64,000 nucleotides of DNA from an uncultured Vicinamibacteraceae bacterium (lineage in GTDB: Bacteria; Acidobacteriota; Vicinamibacteria; Vicinamibacterales; UBA8438): the NCBI GenBank assembly GCA_964636705.1, contig CAZWUJ010000013.1:25574-89573 (forward strand), in the 5' to 3' direction. Made by a program: the position numbers and the translations under genes. Positions 47,450 to 55,102 of this stretch are shown here, in pieces. The notes below the pieces were generated by a model. That model made no database searches. It was not told the DNA's origin and saw only the letters and a list, made by a program, of their open reading frames with translations. Numbering within the stretch: the first letter of the stretch is position 1; each line of letters starts with the position of its first letter.

Positions 47450-50243
47450 CCTCCATCACCCGGCAGATCTCTTCCCGCATCGCTGCGTCCTGCAGGGATC
47501 CCTTCTGGATGACCCGGCACTGCCCGTGAACAAAGTCCAGAGCGTGCAACATCTCGGCGTCGCCGTTCACCACGATGTTGGGGTTGTGCGTCACGACGAT
47601 GATTTGCCGTCGGACCTTGTTCTCCCGGATCTGCCGCACGATCAGGTCATAGATCAGGTGGTTGTCCAGATCGTCCTCAGGCTGATCCAGCACGAGCGGC
47701 TCGCTGCCATGTGCGAGGAGGAAGGCCAGCATCGCGGCTGAACGCTGGCCGGCCGATGCCTGGGTGATGGGGCGAAAGTCCTGCCCATCACCCGCCCGGC
47801 TGTATTCAACGCTCAGGCCGTCCTCGGGGAACCAGGTCAGGAGGTTGTCGAGCAACTCCGGCTTTCGCTCTGACTCCCGCGCGAGATGGTTGTTGAAGTG
47901 GCCGCCGAAGTCGCCGTTGCCTTTGCACGCGCGCGTCAGCCGGTCCTTGAGCGTCGCGATGCGCTGCCCGAGCTCCGTCGCGCGTTGCGAGGGATCGTCG
48001 GGCAGCTTCTTGAGGAGATCCGCCACGATGCCGCCCGTCGGTCGGTCGTTCTCCATGACGAGGATGTCGCCCGTGAACCGATCGTCCAGGACATCGAGGG
48101 CCTCACGCAGCGAACGTTCGATAGCGCGTGGATCGTTGCCGTACATCACGCTGCGGATTCGCACGAAGTCGTTCTGAGACAGTGTCTGCTCCAGGAACTC
48201 ATCCCGGGCGCGACTCACTTCGCGGCGCGCTGCCTCGACTCTCCCCCACTGCAGACGCATCCGGTCCATCAGTTGGTTGCGTTCTTCGCCCATTGACTCC
48301 AGGCGCTTCGTCTCGCTGTCGAGGAGCTGTCGTTCCTGCGCCAGACGACCATACTCACTCGGGTCAGCAACACCTTCCGCACGCAGCGCATCCACGAGGT
48401 TGTTGTAGGCATCGCTCGCTTGCTGCGCAGCCACTTGCCATGCGCTCTCGTTCAAATCCCTGCGTCGTGCCGCTACAGTCTCGCGCAGCTCTTGCGCACT
48501 GCGCCGCATATTCTCGGTGGTGTTGCGCACCGCGGTCGCGAGGCCTTCCACGATCTCGAGCACGCGCCGCTCTTCGTCCACGCTCGTATCGAGCAGATCG
48601 TCGGGCAGGTCCTCAGGCTGCAGCCCTGCGGCAGTTGCTTCGACGCGATCGGCGATAGCGGTCGCCCCACCAAGCTGACGCTCGACCTCCGCGTGCTGAC
48701 GCCGACGGCGACCGTAGGTCGTCAGGACAGTGGAATGCCCGGCCTCCTCGAAACGCTTCAACTTGCGTTCGACGTCCTGCTGACGGACAGCGACGTTGTT
48801 TCGCTGGCCCAGCATTCCTTCTAGTTCGCGGATCTTGGCCCGCGATGCGAGAAAAGCGTCTCGCGCCGCGTTCAGGTTCTCTCGGTGCGCGTCCACGCCC
48901 GCCGCCTGGTCGATCAAGTGCATCAACGCCTGCTGGTTCTCCCCCGAGAGCGCGGCGATCTGCCCCTGGCTGAACAGCCGGAGCGGGAACCGATCCGGTG
49001 TGACGCCCTGAACGGACGAGGGCTTCCAGCCGTCCTCCTGCTGCTCTTCTACCATCACGTCGTTCCCGCCGCCGCTCCATTCGATGCGGTGTCGCACGCC
49101 GTCTCGCATCACGGTCCATCGGATCTTCGTCGCTGTCTCCAATCCTCCTCTGTCCATACGGTGTGTTGGCACGCGATTGAACCGCTCAAAGGTCCGGCGA
49201 GGTTCACTGGCTTCGTCCAGATTCATCAACTCCGGCTCCCGTCGTGCGACGAGCCGTAGTGTATGAAGGACCGTGGACTTGCCTGTACCGCGCCCGCCCA
49301 CCAACGCATTGAGCCACGGGGTGAATGCGAACGTAGCCGGATTGCCGTGACCCATGTACCGCGCGCCTTCGATTTCGATCATTTCAACGAAATGCTCCGG
49401 CAGAACCCACGGGGCGAATGGCTGTGACTCGTCGCTACGTCGAATCGAAAAGCCGTCGCCGTCCAGCAGTGCGAGCCGAAGCCCTCCCAACGACGGCGCC
49501 GCCATCTTCACCCACGTGTAGTGCGATCCGGGAAAGCAAGTCCCGTCAACGCCGGTAGGGTGGTGCGAGTCTGACCCCAGCACCTCCGCCCAGGCGAGCT
49601 TCCGCTGACGATACAGATCTGGCTTCGCGGACCCGCGATCGAGGACCTCCATGGCGAACAGCCCCGGTGTGTCGAGCAATGGCATGAGCACGTTTCCCTG
49701 AAGTTTCCACGCACCCGAGGGTCGGTCGACGTGCGCGAGAATCGGTATGCCCCCCGCCTTGGTAATCGCCTCGGTGACGCCTCGCGGGTCGGCCTCGGCC
49801 ACCGTGTCGCACGCGCCCCGTGTTCCCCGATATCCGACGTCACCGAGCAACGTCGCTATATCGGCAGAAGTCCTGTCCATGTCCAGTATCGCCAGCACGT
49901 GAGTCCCGGTGCTCGCCGTGATCTCCACTCCAGGAAATAGACGCAACGGTCGGAAATCCGGGTGATTCTTGGTCTCCAGTTCGCGGAGTGCATTCTTGAG
50001 CCTGTCGATCCAGTCTCCGGAGTTGTGGTCCGTGACCGCCACGCAATCGATGCCCGCCCGCATGAAGGCGAGCAACCATTCCTCCGGCGAGATCTTGCGA
50101 ACTGCGGTTTGTCCCGCACCCTTGCCGTAGTCGCTGGACGCGGGCGTGTGGGCGTGGAGATCGAACTTCCACCATCGGGCCCCTGGGTAGCACCAGTTCC
50201 GACCGCGATCGGCTTGCGAAGACGGGCTGGAGTTCCCAGTCAT
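47388..50243 (-). CDS. PHP-domain phosphoesterase fused to an SMC/Rad50-like ABC ATPase with a long coiled coil
   Basis: PHP motifs 'FDLHAHTP', 'VTDHN', 'GVEI' and 'ILAHVD'. Walker A 'GGRGTGKST', then about 280 aa rich in heptad-like E/R/L. Signature 'SAGQRS', Walker B 'LVLDQPEDDLD' and 'VVTHNPN'. Confidence 0.8.
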   Translation of the reverse strand: MTGNSSPSSQADRGRNWCYPGARWWKFDLHAHTPASSDYGKGAGQTAVRKISPEEWLLAFMRAGIDCVAVTDHNSGDWIDRLKNALRELETKNHPDFRPLRLFPGVEITASTGTHVLAILDMDRTSADIATLLGDVGYRGTRGACDTVAEADPRGVTEAITKAGGIPILAHVDRPSGAWKLQGNVLMPLLDTPGLFAMEVLDRGSAKPDLYRQRKLAWAEVLGSDSHHPTGVDGTCFPGSHYTWVKMAAPSLGGLRLALLDGDGFSIRRSDESQPFAPWVLPEHFVEMIEIEGARYMGHGNPATFAFTPWLNALVGGRGTGKSTVLHTLRLVARREPELMNLDEASEPRRTFERFNRVPTHRMDRGGLETATKIRWTVMRDGVRHRIEWSGGGNDVMVEEQQEDGWKPSSVQGVTPDRFPLRLFSQGQIAALSGENQQALMHLIDQAAGVDAHRENLNAARDAFLASRAKIRELEGMLGQRNNVAVRQQDVERKLKRFEEAGHSTVLTTYGRRRRQHAEVERQLGGATAIADRVEATAAGLQPEDLPDDLLDTSVDEERRVLEIVEGLATAVRNTTENMRRSAQELRETVAARRRDLNESAWQVAAQQASDAYNNLVDALRAEGVADPSEYGRLAQERQLLDSETKRLESMGEERNQLMDRMRLQWGRVEAARREVSRARDEFLEQTLSQNDFVRIRSVMYGNDPRAIERSLREALDVLDDRFTGDILVMENDRPTGGIVADLLKKLPDDPSQRATELGQRIATLKDRLTRACKGNGDFGGHFNNHLARESERKPELLDNLLTWFPEDGLSVEYSRAGDGQDFRPITQASAGQRSAAMLAFLLAHGSEPLVLDQPEDDLDNHLIYDLIVRQIRENKVRRQIIVVTHNPNIVVNGDAEMLHALDFVHGQCRVIQKGSLQDAAMREEICRVMEGGREAFGRRYRRLGREPAGV

Positions 50244-50299
50244 CCGCTCCCCAAGCTCTCGCGGCCCGCGCCCGCAACAAGCTCTCCGCGCATCGCCAT
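50240..50299 (-). other. Possible 19-codon leader ORF overlapping the PHP-ATPase start (ATGA)
   Basis: ATGGCGATGCGC...GGATGA encodes 'MAMRGELVAGAGRESLGSG'. The first 11 nt and 22 upstream nt are shared with the small ORF at 57444. Confidence 0.3.
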
Positions 50300-50321
50300 G
50301 TCACAACGATAGCCGATGCCG

Positions 50322-50597
50322 TTATCTTGAGCGCCTTGCAAGGGATCGTTCGCGCTGAGTAGGCGTGAATCGCAACAGTGCACTCCGCCTCATGCAAACG
50401 ACGACCTTCTCGTCTCGATAGTCATCACCGGCTGCGGCCAGAGCATCCCGTCGATTGAACTCGAGCGCCTCAGCAAGAGCATCGGCAAGGCTCTGCCGCA
50501 ATTCCTCGTGGGTGCGTTCCTGGCAGTTGACGCTCGGCTCTTCGTTGACGCACGTCTCCTCGGTCTGTCCCTCCACGTGCAGCAGCAACCGGCTCAC
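50322..50597 (-). pseudogene. Chimeric ORF made of a DUF4276 N-terminal stub joined to a HicB/UPF0150-like fragment
   Basis: 'SRLLLHVEGQTEETCVNE' is the DUF4276 start. It is followed directly by 'CQERTHEELRQSLADALAEALEF', which resembles a HicB-type fold. Confidence 0.35.
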
Positions 50598-51080
50598 GGC
50601 ACGGGCCCGTTCTCGTGATCTTCACGCATTGACCGTCCGCCGAACTGGTTCTTCTCCCACAGTTGACCGAGGCTGTAGTCCTCCAGCCACGTCTCCAGCG
50701 CGGCGCCGTCAAGCCGGGTGAATTGTGTCTGCCCTCCCGCACGTTTAGCCACGAGGACGTCCTCCGGTCGGAAGTGATCCAGTAGCAGCGGCGACTGGGT
50801 CGCCTACACGACCTGGGTCCTGAACCGAAGCGAACCATCGGAAAGGGACGATGCAGCGAAGTAAGCGTCCGACGTTTGATGTTTCCATTCGAGACGAATC
50901 GTGTCTTCGTTGAGGGCCAGCGGCTCCAGGCGGAAATCATCGAAGAAGGGCGCAACAAGCTGGACGGTCCGCCGGATCAGAGCGTAGCAATCGGCGTGCT
51001 TTAGGGACAGGGATTGGCGTCAGAGGCAAGCGCTCGATGCACTTGATGCTCCTGAATCCTTCTACGGTGATGCAGTCGGC
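50594..51080 (-). pseudogene. Fragments of an AAA_15/21-type ATPase, the usual DUF4276 partner
   Basis: Pieces lie in different frames: 'ITVEGFRSIKCIERLPL', 'FRLEPLALNEDTIRLEWKH...SLSDGSLRF' and 'SPLLLDHFRPEDVLVAKRAGGQTQFTRLD...WLEDYSLGQLWEKNQFGGR'. There is an internal TAG, and Walker A is missing. Confidence 0.5.
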
Positions 51081-51115
51081 ACCGTCGCTGCGGACCTCCC
51101 CGGTGGTCGGGTAAG

Positions 51116-51263
51116 AGCGGTTGCGCCGTTCGTAGGCGACCTGGACGGGGCTCTGCGCGGACCGGTCCATCACCGACCGGAGCTCGGCCGTCGGGGTGTT
51201 CTTGCGCGACGCCTCCTCGTGCTTCAGAGTCGCGACGATCTTGTGGGACGGCCTCTTGGGCAT
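51116..51263 (-). pseudogene. N-terminal stub of a type III-like DNA methyltransferase
   Basis: 'MPKRPSHKIVATLKHEEASRKNTPTAELRSVMDRSAQSPVQVAYERRNR' resembles the conserved N-terminus of adenine-specific mod methylases. Homology stops after about 49 codons. Confidence 0.45.
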
Positions 51264-51283
51264 GCGGGCAGGACCACGGACGC

Positions 51284-51499
51284 TCAGACGGCCCTATAGG
51301 AGCGTACGGGCAAGGCGCGGGTTTCGACCGTGGCCAGATCGTGCTTCGCGGCGGCGCCGTCGATATCGAACCCCACGACGTTTCCCTCGGCGTCGAGATC
51401 GACGTTGATCCCGGCGGACACTTCACGTGTTTCCACGCCAGGGCCGGCCTTGAGCTCGAAGTACAGACTGTCGGTTTCGGGGTAGTAGTGAAGCTTCAT
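51284..51499 (-). CDS. DUF2283-domain protein
   Basis: 'MKLHYYPETDSLYFELKAGPGVETREVSAGINVDLDAEGNVVGFDIDGAA'. Confidence 0.75.
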   Translation of the reverse strand: MKLHYYPETDSLYFELKAGPGVETREVSAGINVDLDAEGNVVGFDIDGAAAKHDLATVETRALPVRSYRAV

Positions 51500-51572
51500 G
51501 ACGCATCCCTTCGAAAGCCACGGTCGAAGCACGCATTGTGGATTGTCTCAAAGTCGTCCAGGGTCCGACTGA

Positions 51573-52154
51573 TGGCCGCGCCTGTGCTTCAGAAGCCCCG
51601 CCGTCTCCGGCGTCACCTTCCAGGAGTTCGGATCCGGAAGCTCGCGCCACCGATCCACGCGCGGCCTGCGTGGCCTCGTCGAAGACCAAGCCGCGCCCGC
51701 CGACGTCCCGCTCATCCTCGCGCTCATCCGGGAGCTGGCCGAGTACGAGAAGCTCCTGGACGCGGTCGTAGCGACAGAGGAACTGATCCATGTCGCGCTC
51801 TTCAGCGACACGCCGCACGCCGAGGCGGTAGTCGCCCGCGTCGGCGACGAATCGGTCGGTTTCGCCCTCTACTTCCGCACCTTCTCGACCTTCCTCGCGC
51901 GCCCCGGCCTGTACCTGGAACACCTCTGCGGCCGCCCGGCGCACCGCGGCAACGGCTACGGCCGGCGGCTGCTCGTGCACCTTGCCCGCATCGCCGTCGA
52001 CAGCGGCTGCGGCCGGTTCGAGTGGTCCGTCCTTGACTGGAACGAGCTGGCGCAGGCTACCTACCGGCGGGCTGGCGCGGTGCCGATGGAGGAGTGGACT
52101 GTCTGGCGGCTTACCGGGGAGCCGTTGCGGAAACTGGCCGACGAGGCGGATTGA
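51573..52154 (+). pseudogene. GNAT paralog without a canonical start codon
   Basis: From 51702 to the stop at 52152-54 it is colinear with the GNAT at 44719-45171 (constant offset of 6983 nt). The open frame upstream has no ATG or GTG. Motif A is altered ('LEHLCGRPAHRG' versus 'LEDLYVRPAHRG'). Confidence 0.55.
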
Positions 52155-52179
52155 GGGCGAGCCTGGTGGCAGACTCTCG

Positions 52180-52331
52180 TCAAGCAGAGCGCGCACGAGT
52201 CAGGACGGAGTCCCGGGCGCTGGCGAGAACCGCAAGGGCCTGCGCCCTGGTCACCGACGGGAATTGGTCGAGGAACTCTTCGAGCGACTCGCCGCCCTCC
52301 AGGTAATCGAACAGCGTCCGGGCCGGCACCG
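52180..52331 (-). pseudogene. 3' remnant of a DUF433 gene plus the first codons of a DUF5615-like partner
   Basis: 'PARTLFDYLEGGESLEELLDQFPSVTRAQALAVLASARDSVLTRARSA*'. The overlapping GTG at 52196 opens 'VRALLDESLPPGS', which then runs into antisense GNAT. Confidence 0.45.
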
Positions 52332-52489
52332 GCTCGCTCTCAACGTGGCCAGCCTCTCTCGGATGTCCCGAGCCACTTCATCGACTTCGCGCGCCACTCG
52401 GGGCTCGCGTCCAAGCTCGCGCTCCAGAGCCGTAGTCAGGGGCAACAGGAGATCGGCGGCCGGCGACGCCTGAATTGGAACGCAACTCC

Positions 52490-52775
52490 GGAAGCGCAAG
52501 GACGGCCTCGACGTCGCGCTCGCACGCTGACTGATCACCGAGACCGATGAGCGCTTTGGCCCGAATCAGGTGGCCCCGCAGTCGCTGTGCCGGCGATCCT
52601 CTGTCCCGTCGTTCGACCAACAGTCCGGCCGTTTCGGCGGCCTTCTCGTACTGCCGGTTCTCGATCTCAATCTCTGCTCGCCTCAGCAGCGCGTCCTTGA
52701 CCTTCACACCGAGCGCTGGCGACGCGCTCTCTCCGAAGCGGCGGACCACCTCGTCGTAGGCCCTCAGCGCCTTCT
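52490..52775 (-). pseudogene. TPR-like protein fragment
   Basis: 'ALRAYDEVVRRFGESASPALGVKVKDALLRRAEIEIENRQYEKAAETAGLLVER...LIRAKALIGLGDQSACERDVEAVLAL' has no start and is fused out of frame to the HicB fragment. Confidence 0.3.
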
Positions 52776-52789
52776 TCCTGCATTGCGAC

Positions 52790-53044
52790 GTAGAGCGCCC
52801 CCTTGACCGCGACGTGAACCGGGACCGCAACAAGCACCTGTCCCGACTCCAAAGGACTCGGTGCGGGAATCTCAGCGCGGTCCACGATGCGTGCGCCGAT
52901 GGTTTCCGCAAGACAATCGGCGGCCATCGCAAGGGCATCGTCTCGATCCTCGCCCTGCGTGATTGCATCCGGCAGGTCCGGGAACGTTACCGTATAGCGA
53001 CCGTCGAGTTCGCGTTTCAGATGTGCCGGGTAAGCGAAATCCAT
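52790..53044 (-). pseudogene. HicB-family antitoxin, N-terminal domain only
   Basis: 'YPAHLKRELDGRYTVTFPDLPDAITQGEDRDDALAMAADCLAETIGARIVDRAEIPAPS' is present. The expected C-terminal DNA-binding part is replaced by unrelated sequence. Confidence 0.5.
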
Positions 53045-53087
53045 GTCGGTTTACCAATGGCCACGATTCACGCCGGCGAAAGCGATC

Positions 53088-53391
53088 TCACCCGCGCCGC
53101 CGGTGTGCATCATTCATCAATATGGTACGTATCCGTACTACATCAAGCGGCGGGGACTTGCGGCAACGGTACTGAGCGCGAATGGACTCGATGACCCCGC
53201 AGCGCCTGCGAAGGACTGAGCGGGTCCGCGCGGATGGCTCGGGTGACCTGTCAGTAGCGCTCCTGAAGCACGTGGACCGACACGGCCAGGCCGCCTTCCC
53301 GCAGTAGGCGCTACGCCCTGCGCCGCTTCTCGGCATCCTCGGCGGACGGACTCGCGGCGTAGATCAGGACGTTGATGTCAACGAACCGAAC
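53088..53391 (-). pseudogene. VapC-type PIN toxin pseudogene
   Basis: 'VRFVDINVLIYAASPSAEDAEKRRRA*RLLREGGLAVSVHVLQERY*' has in-frame stops at 53311-13 (TAG) and 53251-53 (TGA), then a frameshift. The first codon is GTT, which is not a start codon. Confidence 0.6.
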
Positions 53392-53674
53392 GCCGGTCGT
53401 GCAGAGCTTCGCGACTGAGATTGTCGGCCGCCCTGAATCCGCTACGGGTCGCGCAGATATCTTCGAAGATCTCGTCCAACAACCGCCCTCGGCGTTCGCC
53501 CTCGGTCTCCGCGTCCGGCCCGCGCGCACCGCTTTCGTCGGAACCGTCCCGAACGAGACGTTCGAGGAAGTCCCGCACGAGTGCCGACACGGAGGTGTCC
53601 AACTCCGCAGCGCGAATGCGGGACTGCCGATACGTGTCGTCGTCCACCGACACCGTGATGTTCCTCATCGGCAA
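53378..53674 (-). CDS. Ribbon-helix-helix (CopG/VapB-like) antitoxin
   Basis: 'MRNITVSVDDDTYRQSRIRAAELDTSVSALVRDFLERLV'. Its stop overlaps the beginning of the PIN pseudogene. Confidence 0.65.
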   Translation of the reverse strand: MPMRNITVSVDDDTYRQSRIRAAELDTSVSALVRDFLERLVRDGSDESGARGPDAETEGERRGRLLDEIFEDICATRSGFRAADNLSREALHDRRSVR

Positions 53675-53787
53675 AGCCTCACAGTTTCAGCGTATCGCAG
53701 GAGCGGAGCAGCACATCTGCCTGCCTGCCTGGGCGGACCGAGAATGCCGCGGGGCGACCTCGGCGGCCCGAGAGGTCGCGGGCAGCT

Positions 53788-53976
53788 TCATACCGCGATG
53801 GCCTCCTCCCGAACGAGAAGCAACCGGATCACGCGCGGCGCCCTGTCCTTGTCGAAGTGACAGCGCACGGCGTCTCTCGCCATCTCCTTCAGATCCTCCC
53901 AGTTCTCTCCCTGCGTGCAGATGCTGTAGCCGAGCGCCCTCCTGTCAGTCATTGGCCACTCCGTTGCGCTTGTCAT
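53788..53976 (-). CDS. Small HicB/UPF0150-like protein, N-terminally short
   Basis: 'GYSICTQGENWEDLKEMARDAVRCHFDKDRAPRVIRLLLVREEAIAV' resembles the small HicB-like family but lacks about 15 N-terminal residues. Confidence 0.45.
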   Translation of the reverse strand: MTSATEWPMTDRRALGYSICTQGENWEDLKEMARDAVRCHFDKDRAPRVIRLLLVREEAIAV

Positions 53977-54013
53977 CGCGCCGAGTCAGACCCACCGGCC
54001 ATTCGCGCAGCGT

Positions 54014-55102
54014 CTACAAGGCAAAGCAGAAGTCGTGCTCCTCGAAGCGCGACACCTTCGAGCCGCGAAACACGTTCGCCTGCGTCTTGCCGACTTCGGT
54101 CGTCACGCCATCGTCGACGAGTTGAACGTCGCGCCCCAGACCAAGAGTGAGCGACTGCAACAAGCCGGCGCGAAGTTCCAACTTCTGCAAGCGGCGTCCG
54201 CCGATTCGAATCACTAGCCGTGCGCGTGCCGCCAGCAGAGGCGCCAGCCCCCGCATCGACGCCTGGATGAACGTCCAGTAGTTCTCCGGGTTGTAGTGCC
54301 GGTCATCCCCGCGACCGCGGGGCACGAGCGGCTCGCCGCCCAGAAACCAGAGGCGCAGCCACTGGTCCTCCCGGTAGTTCGTGGTGTCGAGGTACGGCGG
54401 CGAGGTGATTACGTCGGTGACACGGCCCTCAAGGGAGGGGAACGCTGCAGAAACCCGGCGAGCGTCCGCTTGAACGACCACAGCGGAACCATCCGGAGGT
54501 CGGGTCCGAAAGCGGTAATCGAGCATCCTTTCGAGGATTTCGAAGACATCCCGCGGCGGAGGCTTGTACTCCCGCTCAGTCCACCACCGAACCGAGTAGT
54601 CGGGTTTGGTGCTGATCGTTCGCGGCATGCGGTTACTGAAGCAGTTGGGTGATCGGTGGGATTCGCCGTGCAGCGCCCCGAGGCATAGCGCCGCAATGAA
54701 ACGATCGTCCTTCCGATTGCGCCAGTCCAGGACGGAACGCAGATAGCGCACCTGCAACAGCGTTTCCCGATGGAAGCAGAGTTCGAAGAACCGACCGAGA
54801 TCCCCCTGCCACGCGCCGTCGTTCGGCTCGCCGCATCCGCGACGAAGCTCGCCCAGGCGCGCCCGGGCGCCCGACAGCGCGGGCGGATCACCCTTCGCGC
54901 CGGAGATACACACTGCCACTGGATTCAGGTCCGCGCCGGCCGACTCCCGTCCCTGCAACAGCGCCTGAAACACGGTGGTTCCTCGCCCGCTGTACGGGTC
55001 AAAGACGACCCCGTCGTGCGGACTCGCGACAAGGTGCTTCTCGACGAACGTCTCAGGGAACATCGCGAAGTACGGACAGATCGAATGGAATCTATGCCTC
55101 AT
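54014..55102 (-). CDS. DNA methyltransferase (N6-A/N4-C type, motif I before motif IV)
   Basis: AdoMet motif 'VFDPYSGRGTTVFQAL' near the N-terminus and catalytic 'VITSPPYLD' about 190 residues later. The start overlaps the upstream stop (ATGA). Confidence 0.75.
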   Translation of the reverse strand: MRHRFHSICPYFAMFPETFVEKHLVASPHDGVVFDPYSGRGTTVFQALLQGRESAGADLNPVAVCISGAKGDPPALSGARARLGELRRGCGEPNDGAWQGDLGRFFELCFHRETLLQVRYLRSVLDWRNRKDDRFIAALCLGALHGESHRSPNCFSNRMPRTISTKPDYSVRWWTEREYKPPPRDVFEILERMLDYRFRTRPPDGSAVVVQADARRVSAAFPSLEGRVTDVITSPPYLDTTNYREDQWLRLWFLGGEPLVPRGRGDDRHYNPENYWTFIQASMRGLAPLLAARARLVIRIGGRRLQKLELRAGLLQSLTLGLGRDVQLVDDGVTTEVGKTQANVFRGSKVSRFEEHDFCFAL

